DNA of 64,000 nucleotides from an uncultured Gammaproteobacteria bacterium (GTDB lineage Bacteria; Patescibacteriota; Microgenomatia; UBA8517), in NCBI GenBank assembly GCA_964431555.1, contig CAYSJW010000031.1, forward strand, positions 336 to 64,335, in the 5' to 3' direction. Every line of letters begins with the position of its first letter. Within the stretch, counting starts at the first letter, position 1. A program made the translations under genes and the position numbers. The notes under the pieces were generated by a model. That model was not told where the DNA came from, did not search any database, and was given only the letters and a program-made list of their open reading frames with translations. Below are positions 1-9,134 of this stretch, piece after piece.

Positions 1-370
1 TTTTTGATTCTTCTCGAAGCGATGAAGTAAATTCAGCTAATACTTCTACCATCCTTCTAGGAGTACCTTCATAATTAGCATCTGTAAGATCCAAGCCAAG
101 ATTCGCCAAAAGTTCTTTAGCTGTAGACTCTGCTTTAGTAAAGTCTAATGTTTTTTTCATCATCCTCATTACTAAAAAAATCAAACCCTTGATACAACTG
201 GGTTCTAACGCAAAATTATATCGTTACTAATTGTATTTTTCAACTATTATAGGTAATTTATACCGCTAATGATTCTGTTTTTTGTTCAATCGATACCATT
301 TTAATTCAAACTATGGGGAATTATAATCTTATTAAAGCACAAACTCAAATTAGCTGTTAAAATATATCGT

Positions 371-679
371 ATGGATGGAGCAATTGGAGTTGTATTTGAT
401 AATCGCCAAAGATTACTTCTTGTTAAACGACGAAATGTCCCTGTCTGGGTTTTTCCTGGAGGTGGTATAGAAAAAGGCAAAACTCCTGAAATGGTTGTGG
501 AAAGAGAAGTTTTTGAAGAAAGTGGTTACAAAGTAAAAATAGTAAAAAAGATTGCTGAATATAAATACAAAAGTGTAGAAAGGAAAAACCATGTTTTCGA
601 GTGTCGAATTTTGTCGGGGGACTCGAGAGTCAGCCCAGAATCTAAAGAGGTTGTTTTTTTGACTCTTCCCAAGCATTAA
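371..679 (+). CDS. NUDIX hydrolase
   Basis: Nudix box GGGIEKGKTPEMVVEREVFEESG (GX5EX7REUXEEXGU) in a 102-aa ORF. Confidence 0.75.
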   Translation: MDGAIGVVFDNRQRLLLVKRRNVPVWVFPGGGIEKGKTPEMVVEREVFEESGYKVKIVKKIAEYKYKSVERKNHVFECRILSGDSRVSPESKEVVFLTLPKH

Positions 680-720
680 GCCACGGGCTTTAGCCTCAAG
701 GAGTAAGCATAGTTTGTGGC
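680..720. repeat. Stem-loop GCCAC...GTGGC immediately after the NUDIX stop. Either a terminator or the left-end hairpin of the adjacent IS200/IS605 remnant.
   Basis: GCCAC at 680-684 is complementary to GTGGC at 716-720. There is an inner ggcTTTagcc palindrome and no T-run. Confidence 0.3.
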
Positions 721-774
721 ATAATTGATTGATGGGATTTAATTATTGGCATGGGGGGACATACAAAACATAGG

Positions 775-1068
775 CTTTCGTATCATATTGTTTGAGTACC
801 AAAGTACAGGAAAAGAGTATTACGAGGCAAGGTAGGAAAGAAGATTAAGGAATCAATATATCAAGCTTGTATAGTAAACAGATGGTAGGTTGAAGAACTA
901 AACGTCATGGTAGATCATGTTCATATGTTAATCCGAATACAACCAACATTAAGCATCTCGAAAGTAGTACAGATTATCAAAGGTAAAACAAGCATGATCT
1001 TAAGAACAGAATACCCTGAATTGGAAGAATTTATCTGGGGTGATAGCTTTTGAAAAGAAGGCTACAAA
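775..1068 (+). mobile_element. IS200/IS605-family Y1 transposase (tnpA) remnant. It has three in-frame stops and is treated as a pseudogene.
   Basis: The translation reads SYHIV*VPKYRKRVLRGKV ... NVMVDHVHMLIRIQPTLSISKVVQIIKGKTSMILRTEYPELEEF IWGDSF*KEGYK. It matches the TnpA motifs YHxVWxxKYRR, the HUH motif DHVHLL and the C-terminal FWSRGYF. TGA sits at 793-795 and 1051-1053, both exactly at conserved Trp positions. TAG is at 886-888. Confidence 0.65.
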
Positions 1069-1070
1069 TA

Positions 1071-1111
1071 GGTTCAAACCCGTCGGGTTGAATAGGTTTG
1101 AACCTTTCGGG
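1071..1111. repeat. Tandem palindromic sub-terminal repeat GGTTYRAACCYKTCGGG, in two copies. It is the probable right-end hairpin of the IS200/IS605 remnant.
   Basis: ggttcaaacccgtcggg (1071-1087) and ggtttgaacctttcggg (1095-1111). Each contains the near-palindrome GGTTYRAACC and lies directly downstream of the tnpA remnant. Confidence 0.4.
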
Positions 1112-1202
1112 TGTTAACAAAGTTTGACTTCATACTCACCAATTAATTCTAAAAAGAAAAATATTCAATGAAAGAAAGAGAAATGAAAATACAAACCCAA
1201 GG

Positions 1203-1232
1203 TGTGAAGCCATTTCACCTCTAAGGTGTGAT
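1203..1232 (+). repeat. 30-bp direct repeat, copy 1: tgtgaagccatttcacctctaaggtgtgat.
   Basis: An identical 30-mer recurs at 6165-6194 in the same orientation. It contains the internal hairpin gtgaa-gccat-ttcac. Confidence 0.8.
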
Positions 1233-1316
1233 CTACAGTCTTTTGGCAATATCTTCTGGTCTAACCCCAGACCTGGATAACTCAAATGCCAATCCACAAA
1301 CACCCACGTTTTTCAT
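1233..1316 (-). CDS. Small ORF of 27 aa, MKNVGVCGLAFELSRSGVRPEDIAKRL, with a strong SD. It is hypothetical.
   Basis: GGAGGTGA sits 4 nt upstream of the ATG at 1316. The stop codon abuts direct-repeat copy 1. The ORF is too short for the ORF track and I recognise no homology. Confidence 0.25.
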   Translation of the reverse strand: MKNVGVCGLAFELSRSGVRPEDIAKRL

Positions 1317-1436
1317 AGTATCACCTCCTTTTTAGTCTATTTTACAAGCTGAAGTGATACTATTGTCTCATCTTAAATGAGAAATATCGTCTCAGCTAAT
1401 TTTCAGCTTAGCTTTGTAGAATTCACCCGTATAAAT

Positions 1437-2675
1437 ATGATAATTAGTGTTTTAAAAAAGTTTAAGACTCTAAAAATTTGGTTTTTAAAACAGTCGGTTC
1501 CTACCAAAATCGCTTTCGTTGTTGTAATCTTAGGAGTTAGTTGGTTTACCTTTTATAAGTTTACCGGCAGTAACCAACTCCAAACTCAAATCACAACAGC
1601 AAAGGTTGAAAGAGGAACGATAGTCTCAACAGTTTCTGCTTCTGGTAATATTATTTCCTCTAATTTTATCTCAATTGATACTAACGCAACCGGAATAGTT
1701 AGTAAAGTTTTTGTCAAGGAAGGGGACAAGGTTTATAAAGGCCAAAAAATTGCCGAAATTGAACTCGATTTGGAAGGCCAGCAACGTTTAGCGTCAGCCT
1801 ATTCAAGCCTGGTTTCTGCAAAAAACTCTCTTGCCGCTGCGGAGAATAATCTTCGCCTTGCAGAAGCCTCTTTGGAAAAAGTTTATGATGAGGTTAAAGG
1901 GCACGAGAAAGATGAAACTTTTGCCATAAAGGAAACGAGAACAAAAGCTGAGGTTACAAAAGATAACGCTTATAATAGCCTAGCTACTGCTAAGGCGAAT
2001 CTTTCTCTGGCGTCTATTAATTATCAATTGTCTTCTCCTATTATTATTGCTCCTTCATCAGGGATAATCGGAAGTATAAATGTAGTTCCGGGACTGGTTC
2101 TGGGAACTTCTTCTAATCAATCTTCCACCGCCACAAGTAGCCAAAACAACCTGGGAATGATTATTAAAGAAGGCAATCCTCTGGCTTCTTTCAACGTCTC
2201 TGAAATTGACACTCCTCAAGTTAAAGAGGGACAAAAGGTAACAATTACTTTAGACTCTATTCCCGACAAAACTTTTACAGGGAAAGTTGTAAGTGTTAAT
2301 AGGATGGGAACAGTAACTAACAATGTAACTAACTATCCTGTTATCGTGCAATTTGACACTTTCTCTAAAGAAATTTTAGCCAATATGGCAGCTTCAGCAA
2401 ATATTGTTATTCAAGTTAAAGACAATTGTTTATTAGTCCCTTCATCGGCAATACAAAAAGGTTCTGGCGGACAAATTGTAACTGTTTTAGAAAACAAAAA
2501 AGAAGTACAAAAAGTAGTAGAAACCGGTATTTCCTCGGACACACAAACAGAAATTATTTCCGGTCTTTCCGAAGGAGAAGTTGTTGTTATTACTAGAAGC
2601 AGTGGAACGAAAGTTCAAAGCGGAGGTTCTCCTTTTGGAGTACCAATTGGAGGTACTGGAAGGTTTGTAAGATAA
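1437..2675 (+). CDS. Efflux transporter periplasmic adaptor of the HlyD/MacA family (membrane-fusion protein).
   Basis: It has an N-terminal TM helix, long coiled-coil Ala/Leu-rich segments and C-terminal beta-barrel-like VxV motifs. It sits in an operon with a MacB-type ABC ATPase and an FtsX-like permease. An alternative start lies at 1377. Confidence 0.7.
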   Translation: MIISVLKKFKTLKIWFLKQSVPTKIAFVVVILGVSWFTFYKFTGSNQLQTQITTAKVERGTIVSTVSASGNIISSNFISIDTNATGIVSKVFVKEGDKVYKGQKIAEIELDLEGQQRLASAYSSLVSAKNSLAAAENNLRLAEASLEKVYDEVKGHEKDETFAIKETRTKAEVTKDNAYNSLATAKANLSLASINYQLSSPIIIAPSSGIIGSINVVPGLVLGTSSNQSSTATSSQNNLGMIIKEGNPLASFNVSEIDTPQVKEGQKVTITLDSIPDKTFTGKVVSVNRMGTVTNNVTNYPVIVQFDTFSKEILANMAASANIVIQVKDNCLLVPSSAIQKGSGGQIVTVLENKKEVQKVVETGISSDTQTEIISGLSEGEVVVITRSSGTKVQSGGSPFGVPIGGTGRFVR

Positions 2676-2677
2676 AG

Positions 2678-3385
2678 ATGAGTCTAATTTCTCTATCCCA
2701 CATTTCCAAAATTTACCAAAGCGGTGAAGTGAAAGTTAAGGCCTTAGATGACATTTCTTTTGAAATTGAAAAAGGCGAATTCGTGGCGATTATGGGGCCA
2801 TCTGGATCAGGTAAGTCAACATTAATGCATATTTTAGGTCTTCTGGACAAGCCTACTAGTGGTAAATATCTCTTGGAAGGTATAGATATCTCGAAATTCT
2901 CAGAAGAAGATTTAGCAAAAACCAGAAATAAAAAAATAGGTTTTGTCTTTCAGTTTTTCAATCTCCTGCCAAGAACTTCGGCTTTAAGAAATGTGATGGT
3001 GCCTATGATTTATGGTGGAGTTAAACAAGAGGAAAGAGAAAAAAGGGCAAGAAAGCTTTTAGAAACAGTCGGTTTAAAAGAACGAATTTATCACACATCA
3101 TCTCAATTATCTGGAGGAGAACAGCAGCGTGTAGCAATTGCTCGAGCTTTAACCATGAACCCGGAAATTATTCTGGCTGATGAACCAACAGGAAATGTTG
3201 CCACCAATCAGGCTGAAGAAATAATGAAGATTCTTCAAAGTCTAAACCGGGAGGGTCATACTGTAGTTCTTATTACCCACGAACAAGACATAGCTAGGTA
3301 CGCCAAGAGAATCATCCTTCTTCGCGATGGAAAAATTGTAAAAGACGAGCTAAACGGCAAGCAAAAAATTTTGATAAAAAGATGA
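2678..3385 (+). CDS. ABC transporter ATP-binding protein, MacB/LolD-like.
   Basis: Walker [13 protein letters not shown] signature LSGGEQQR and Walker B ILADEPT. Its TGA stop overlaps the next start as ATGA. Confidence 0.85.
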   Translation: MSLISLSHISKIYQSGEVKVKALDDISFEIEKGEFVAIMGPSGSGKSTLMHILGLLDKPTSGKYLLEGIDISKFSEEDLAKTRNKKIGFVFQFFNLLPRTSALRNVMVPMIYGGVKQEEREKRARKLLETVGLKERIYHTSSQLSGGEQQRVAIARALTMNPEIILADEPTGNVATNQAEEIMKILQSLNREGHTVVLITHEQDIARYAKRIILLRDGKIVKDELNGKQKILIKR

Positions 3386-4602
3386 AAATAGAAATTAAAG
3401 AATTGATATCTGAAAGTCTAATCACCTTTAAGGCTAATAAGGTTCGTACTGGCCTGGCTGCCTTGGGGGTGGTAATCGGAATTGCCAGTGTCATTGCACT
3501 TCTATCTTTAGGTCAAGCGTCACAACACTTAATCGAAAGTCAAATTGAATCATTAGGCTCGAATCTACTAACAATTATGCCAGGAAGAATTTCTCAAAGA
3601 GGAATAAGCGGAGCACTCGGTGGAGCAACAACCCTAACCTACAATGACGCACAGGCTATTTCAAAAATTAGCACGGTCAAAACTGTTTCTCCTGAGTTTT
3701 CTCGAAGTACCCAAGTGACTGCCGGTAAAACTAATACCAATACCCAAATTTATGGGATAACCCCGGCTTATTTTCCTGTACGCAAGGTTGATATTGAAAA
3801 AGGGGTAGGAATTTCTCAACACGACGTTGACGCAATGGGCAAAGTGGCAGTTTTAGGTCCCCAAGTCGTTACCAACCTTTTTGGTGAAGGAACAAATCCG
3901 ATTGGAGAAGCTATAAGAATCAATAAAATTGCTTTCAGGGTAGTTGGAGTAACAAAAGGTAAAGGTGGAACTGGATTTTTTAGCCAAGACGACAGAATTT
4001 TTATTCCTTTAACCACTGCACAAAAAATTGTTTTTGGTGCTGAGTATTTAAGCACCATTGCAGTAGAGGCTACCAGCAAAGAAGTAATGACTGAAACACA
4101 AAACCAAATTGGCTATCTATTGCTGGATAGACATCGGATTTCTGACCCTACCGCTGCCGATTTTCAAATTATGTCCCAAGAGGATATTTTGAGTACTGCC
4201 ACCCAGGTAACCGAGACCTTTACTTATCTTTTGGCTGGAATCGCCACTATTTCTCTGTTGGTTGGAGGTATTGGTATTATGAACATTATGCTGGTAACAG
4301 TGACCGAAAGAACGCGGGAGATAGGTTTGCGCAAAGCTTTGGGAGCAACCAGGCAAATTATCATTACTCAGTTTTTAGTAGAAGCAGTAATAATTACCTT
4401 TAGCGGCGGAATTATTGGAATCTTACTGGGAGTGGGAATTTTTGCAATTTTAGCTAAGACAATGAGTTTGCCTTTTTTGATTTCTCCCTCGTCAGTAATA
4501 TTGGCTTTTGCTGTTTCTACCGCAGTTGGAGTCTTATTCGGCTGGTATCCTGCCCGCAAAGCCTCGAGTATGGAACCGATAGAAGCTTTACGGTATGAAT
4601 AA
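3382..4602 (+). CDS. ABC transporter permease of the FtsX/MacB family.
   Basis: It has an N-terminal TM helix, a large periplasmic loop and three C-terminal TM helices (MacB_PCD/FtsX topology). It is translationally coupled to the ATPase. Confidence 0.8.
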   Translation: MKIEIKELISESLITFKANKVRTGLAALGVVIGIASVIALLSLGQASQHLIESQIESLGSNLLTIMPGRISQRGISGALGGATTLTYNDAQAISKISTVKTVSPEFSRSTQVTAGKTNTNTQIYGITPAYFPVRKVDIEKGVGISQHDVDAMGKVAVLGPQVVTNLFGEGTNPIGEAIRINKIAFRVVGVTKGKGGTGFFSQDDRIFIPLTTAQKIVFGAEYLSTIAVEATSKEVMTETQNQIGYLLLDRHRISDPTAADFQIMSQEDILSTATQVTETFTYLLAGIATISLLVGGIGIMNIMLVTVTERTREIGLRKALGATRQIIITQFLVEAVIITFSGGIIGILLGVGIFAILAKTMSLPFLISPSSVILAFAVSTAVGVLFGWYPARKASSMEPIEALRYE

Positions 4603-4653
4603 ATTAAGTTTATCTAAAAAAACTTTAGGTTTTTTGTTTAAGGAGGTGATAAT

Positions 4654-5079
4654 ATGAAAAAAAGCTTAGTTACCACAATTGTTGTTACACTCCTTGTTGG
4701 CAGTGTTTGTTTTTTTGCAGGAATAAAATACCAGCAGAATAAACAAAGAGCTTTTACCAGACAATTCGTTGGTCAAATGGGAGGTAGACAGGGAAATGGA
4801 GCTAACCGTTTAGGTCTCAGTCCAGTTAACGGTGAGATTATCAGTGTTGATGACAAGAGTATCACAGTCAAACTTGCCGATAACAGCAGTAAAATTATCC
4901 TTTTAACTGAAACTACAGTTCTAAACAAGTCATCCGAAGCGTCAAAGAAGGATTTGAAAATAGGAGAGAAAGTGACTGCTTTCGGCACAGAAAATTCAGA
5001 CGGAAGCATTACGGCCCAAAACATCCAGCTTAATCCTATTCTGCGGAATTTGCCTGATACTAAATCCTCGACAAACTAG
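4654..5079 (+). CDS. Small secreted or membrane-anchored protein, hypothetical.
   Basis: It has a strong SD (AAGGAGGTGA) and an N-terminal signal/TM segment KKSLVTTIVVTLLVGSVCFFAG. There are no recognisable catalytic motifs. Confidence 0.45.
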   Translation: MKKSLVTTIVVTLLVGSVCFFAGIKYQQNKQRAFTRQFVGQMGGRQGNGANRLGLSPVNGEIISVDDKSITVKLADNSSKIILLTETTVLNKSSEASKKDLKIGEKVTAFGTENSDGSITAQNIQLNPILRNLPDTKSSTN

Positions 5080-5414
5080 AGTCTGTAAACCCTGTAAGTT
5101 GTACTAGACAGATAAATAAAACGGGTTCTCTAACTGCTTCTAAAAACCTATTTAAGTTCTTTGGCTGCAATTCAGTCTGGAATGCAAACTTCTGCCAAAA
5201 ATTTCTCAACTAGACGACTTATAAATAAATTACCTTTGTAACTTAATTTTTTTGACATTGGGAAATTTATCTACTCAAGTGCTAGAATTATCTTGATGAC
5301 TAAACAGGCCAATGGTCGAATCCGTCTACCAAAAGTTTTTTTGATAGATTTAGCCAAATTCTTTTTACCCTTCGGGAAGCTTTTGGGCTTTCCTATAAAA
5401 TTGATCCATAACTT

Positions 5415-6169
5415 TTGATAACCGCTCTTCTATTAAATGCCGTTTGGGGTCTTACTACTGTTCCTTCTTTTTATATAGATAGGCTGTTGATTGATAATCT
5501 AATTTTATTTGTTGGAAATTCTAATCTTAACCTTCTTTTAAGGCTAATTTTTCTGCTTCTTTTCCTAAGATTTTTTCTTGAGTTTTTTAGAAATGCCTTG
5601 AGCTCTTTTTTAAGCTATTTAAGGTATATGCTTTCAAGGAAAGTCTCAAACCAACTTGATATCTTAATTGGTGAAAAAATCTCCTCTCTTCCTTTAAAAA
5701 CTATTGAGGATCCTGATTTCCGTGACAAATTCAACAAAATTGAGAGGGAATCAGGAAGAAGGGTGTGGGGTCTTATGGTGCCTATATCAAATATTCCCAA
5801 CTATCTTTTGGTCTAATATCTTCAGTAGGTCTACTCTTACTTTTGGGTCCTTATGTAGTTTTAGAAGTCTTTGTCTTTTCTTTTCCAACAATTATGATGG
5901 ATAAGAAATTTATAAAGAAGGATTACGAGCTAAATACAAAATTATCCCCTTTATACAGAGTTTGGGCGTGGCTTAATTATTATTTGACAAGGAACAGAAA
6001 TTTTATGGAAATGAAGATTTTAGGACTTCCTGATTATTTGTCTGAGAAGCTTAGGAAGTTACAAGAAGAAGAATTTAGACAGAAACTGTCTCTTGAAAAA
6101 CAAAGACAGAAATCAAGATTTTTGAGCGTTGTGCCCTCTGCTGTTTTTAATTTTCTGGTAACTTTGTGA
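5415..6169 (+). pseudogene. Frameshifted remnant of a membrane protein. It resembles the transmembrane domain of an ABC exporter (MsbA/ATM1-type), and no nucleotide-binding domain follows.
   Basis: Two overlapping ORFs (5415-5816 and 5765-6169) lie in different frames. Together they read like one TMD: ...SLPLKTIEDPDFRDKFNKIERESGRRVWGLM.../...YGAYIKYSQLSFGLISSVGLLLLLGPYVVLEVF.... The region ends at direct-repeat copy 2. Confidence 0.3.
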
Positions 6170-6194
6170 AGCCATTTCACCTCTAAGGTGTGAT
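6165..6194 (+). repeat. 30-bp direct repeat, copy 2: tgtgaagccatttcacctctaaggtgtgat.
   Basis: It is identical to 1203-1232. A partial extra copy, ttaaggtgtaa, follows it. Confidence 0.8.
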
Positions 6195-6252
6195 TTAAGG
6201 TGTAATTTTACAAACTATACCCTATTACGTTAAAAAGATATATCATAGATTT

Positions 6253-7461
6253 ATGTCAGATCAAGAACCTTCAGGAGAAATAGGAATCTCAAACAGGAAT
6301 CAAGAAAAAATAAATAAATTGAAAGATAAAACTCAACATCCGGAGCTTGTTTCAAAATATGTTAATCAATCAATTCCTGAAGATGTCGCTCGAAGACTTG
6401 CAGCTCGGGACTTATTACTTGAAAGAGCTCGTAAACGAAATAAAGAACTCGAAGAATTAGCACTAAAAGATACACTTACCCGTTTAAGTAGACGAGATAT
6501 CGCGATACCAGATATTGAACACCAAATAGATTTATTCAAAAAAGGAGAGGTTAATACAATCATTATTGGCCTTACTGACATTGATTATTTCAGTAGATGG
6601 AATGATCTTTTCAGAAGCCACAAACTCGGAGATCAGGGGTTAATCGGTTTTGCTGAAATATTAAAGGAAATTTTAAGAGAAGAGGATATGGTTTCCCGGT
6701 TTGGTGGTGAAGAATTTGTAATAAGGTTATCCGTGGAAAAAAACCTAACACCGGAAGAGGCGGAAAAACTTGCAGAAAGAATAAGTGTAGAACTCGGGAA
6801 AAAAGTAATGGAAACACTTTTGGATAGAGTACTGGTAGATAATATCTTGAACGGTCAAAGAAGAGTTAAGATTGACAAATGGGATGAAAATGGTAATAGA
6901 CTAAGTGAACGAGAAGGTACAGTCGTACTTAGAGAATATGCGAAAAATTTTCTTCAAATGAGATCAAATGAAGACGAAGTAGAAAGTGTTGTAATGAACG
7001 GAAAAGGATCTGAAGAAGAAAAAAAAGAACTTTTAAAAATTATTCAATCTATAGACCTAAGTTACTACGAAGAATATCTTTCTGACGAAAGAGTTATCGA
7101 TGAATTTCAGATTGACAAAGACAATCCAGACTCGGAAGATGCTCAGAAGCTTTCGAGAAGACGTGAGATAGAAAGGAAATTGATCGATGATATTCGACGA
7201 GTTTTAAAAACAGGTACATGCAGTTCCGGTTTTCTAGTACTAACCCCTGAAGACAGAGACGAAGTTAATTCAGCTGACCAGCTTAAGAGCATTGCAGATA
7301 GCTTAATGTATCAGGCAAAATCATCAGGTAGAAACAGAGTAGCTTTACAGGTAGGTACTGAAGGTAAACAACCCAAAATTATCCCAATAGAAGGAAAAGA
7401 AAATCAACTTTCACCTGGCACTTCTTCCACCGAACCAACTACCAACTCACCATCTCCATAA
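6253..7461 (+). CDS. Diguanylate cyclase (GGDEF domain, GGEEF active site) with a roughly 150-aa insertion inside the catalytic domain.
   Basis: The motifs present are DIDYFSRWND...H..GDQ, RFGGEEFVI and the C-terminal MYQAKSSGRNRVAL. Between the GGEEF strand and the terminal helix lies a charged insert (Lys/Glu-rich, ~150 aa). Confidence 0.75.
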   Translation: MSDQEPSGEIGISNRNQEKINKLKDKTQHPELVSKYVNQSIPEDVARRLAARDLLLERARKRNKELEELALKDTLTRLSRRDIAIPDIEHQIDLFKKGEVNTIIIGLTDIDYFSRWNDLFRSHKLGDQGLIGFAEILKEILREEDMVSRFGGEEFVIRLSVEKNLTPEEAEKLAERISVELGKKVMETLLDRVLVDNILNGQRRVKIDKWDENGNRLSEREGTVVLREYAKNFLQMRSNEDEVESVVMNGKGSEEEKKELLKIIQSIDLSYYEEYLSDERVIDEFQIDKDNPDSEDAQKLSRRREIERKLIDDIRRVLKTGTCSSGFLVLTPEDRDEVNSADQLKSIADSLMYQAKSSGRNRVALQVGTEGKQPKIIPIEGKENQLSPGTSSTEPTTNSPSP

Positions 7462-7826
7462 ACACTAAAAACATACTTTCTAGACGGGAAAACAATATAG
7501 ATATTTCCAGTTTGTGCATCAATTTCTACCAAACTTAACCCAAATGATGCAAATATAGATTTTATTATTTCCGCAACAAATTCAGTTAATTCCTCACCAG
7601 TTTTCTCACTACGTTTAATGTACTCATCATCTTCGCGAAGCGCCCATTCCAATTCTCCTCCAACCGGCATTGGATTTTGCTCAACAACTAATGAAAAATT
7701 ACTTTTTGGATCAGAAAAAATTATTGAATTATTACCAAATCTTAATTTTTCCGGAAAATTTTCAATTTTACCAATTACTGATTCAACATCAGATTTAAAT
7801 TGAAAAAATGGATTTTCAGCGGACAT
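7404..7826 (-). CDS. Hypothetical protein.
   Basis: A 140-aa ORF. Its 3' end overlaps the 3' end of the GGDEF gene convergently by 58 nt. No motifs were recognised. Confidence 0.35.
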   Translation of the reverse strand: MSAENPFFQFKSDVESVIGKIENFPEKLRFGNNSIIFSDPKSNFSLVVEQNPMPVGGELEWALREDDEYIKRSEKTGEELTEFVAEIIKSIFASFGLSLVEIDAQTGNIYIVFPSRKYVFSVYGDGELVVGSVEEVPGES

Positions 7827-7907
7827 ATCAGTATTTTAAAATCATTTTGAGATTTAAACAACCAGTCTGCTTTCTCATTCAAATTCTATAAAGTTCCAAC
7901 CTGATAG

Positions 7908-7934
7908 ATTGAATAAGTTTAAACCTTTCGGGAG
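7908..7934. repeat. Solitary copy of the IS-end-like palindromic motif attgaataagtttaaacctttcgggag.
   Basis: It matches 1088-1113 (ttgaataggtttgaacctttcgggtg) at about 85% identity. It lies in an intergenic region between two minus-strand genes. Confidence 0.35.
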
Positions 7935-7995
7935 CTAATTTCGTAATCAAATTTCAAAAGAAAGTGAAAATCCAAATTGAGAAATTTTTTAATCT

Positions 7996-9045
7996 TTAAG
8001 GGGTAATTTCAAATTCCACTTTATATTCATCTGCCAGAGCACCAAATTCTTCAAGAATTATCTTCTCAAGAGAATCTATTTCCACAAGCAACTCTTTTAT
8101 TTTTGACTTCTCAATCTTTTCTTCTGTCAATCTTTGTCTGGCATTGTCCCGCTCAACATTTCTTTGCGAAAAATTCATAATTTCAACAATAAAATTTTCA
8201 TCATCTTCTGTAGTATTTGACAATAAGTATCCATGCAATTTTTTCATTGTCTCTGAAAGATCATTGTGATATCCCTTCATCAGCTCATAATAATCAAGTT
8301 CGGTTTCGGGAATATCTTTTATATTATCAAATCTAAATGATGCTTCATTTGAAAGATCCACAAGATCCGAAAGAATTTCAGTCCATTTTTCTTTGTCTGA
8401 AACATTATTTTTAACAAGATTATCCAGTTCTTTAAGTTTGTTATTAAGATTCACTCCTGACGCTTCAAGCATTGTCATTTGGAAACGCTCGAAAGAGTAA
8501 AGTAGATTCAACGATTCTTCCGACTTATGATAATACTCGTTAAGTTTTGTATCAAAAGATTCCAATTCCTCTGGCACTTCGAGCTGCTCTCTTGTTTCTT
8601 GAGCTTTATGAATTAGGTCAAGAGTGGAACTAATATCAATAACGTCCTGCTTCGTATCTTCAAGCGCTGAAAAATAATCTCTGGGTGTAATAATTTCATA
8701 AAAAGCACCTTTACTAGTTTGTAAGGACTTGGATACTTCGATAAATGAACCTTTGAAGTAATCAATTTTATAGGTAATATCTTTTAAATCACCAGCAACA
8801 GCTTGCAGATATTCCTGTGCTTTTACATCAGGTGCTTTTTGCAGAAATTTAACTATAACTAAAATAGAAACAATCAAAGCGAGAATAATAGTAACTAAAA
8901 AATGTAAAATCCTGGATTTTCGAGAATTGTTTCGAATGGAAACTTGTAATTGAGGTAATTCGGTAAGTGCACTTTGTCTTTCCAAAGGTGCTTCAATAAT
9001 ATCAATTTGAGATATCTGCTGGTTTTCTATCTGATCTTTATCCAC
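7996..9045 (-). CDS. Single-pass membrane protein with a coiled-coil, hypothetical.
   Basis: A TM helix FLVTIILALIVSILVIV lies near the N-terminus. The rest is a long acidic, coiled-coil-like region. Confidence 0.4.
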   Translation of the reverse strand: MDKDQIENQQISQIDIIEAPLERQSALTELPQLQVSIRNNSRKSRILHFLVTIILALIVSILVIVKFLQKAPDVKAQEYLQAVAGDLKDITYKIDYFKGSFIEVSKSLQTSKGAFYEIITPRDYFSALEDTKQDVIDISSTLDLIHKAQETREQLEVPEELESFDTKLNEYYHKSEESLNLLYSFERFQMTMLEASGVNLNNKLKELDNLVKNNVSDKEKWTEILSDLVDLSNEASFRFDNIKDIPETELDYYELMKGYHNDLSETMKKLHGYLLSNTTEDDENFIVEIMNFSQRNVERDNARQRLTEEKIEKSKIKELLVEIDSLEKIILEEFGALADEYKVEFEITP

Positions 9046-9134
9046 AATTAAATCTTATCTAAAAAATGGGGAGTATTTCAATAAAAGCTGACAGAGATAT
9101 TTTTTATAAAGTCTTTAAAAGATTGCATTTTGAT

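Noticed and set aside
413-676. Antisense ORF opposite the NUDIX gene. Similar shadow ORFs lie at 3312-3494, 3816-4079, 4117-4356, 4368-4559, 4773-5024, 6366-6817, 20801-21153, 26264-26686, 33757-34082, 35411-35752, 37349-37684, 39405-39719, 41977-42456, 48115-48477, 49093-49465, 53157-53910, 54858-55085, 57726-58532 and 59261-62724.
   Set aside because: Each lies wholly inside a longer ORF on the opposite strand or in another frame that has clear protein-family motifs. Their low-complexity compositions are typical of shadow frames in AT-rich DNA.
680-720. The hairpin after the NUDIX gene as a rho-independent terminator.
   Set aside because: It has no downstream U-tract. It may instead be the left-end structure of the IS200/IS605 remnant, so I kept it as a low-confidence repeat.
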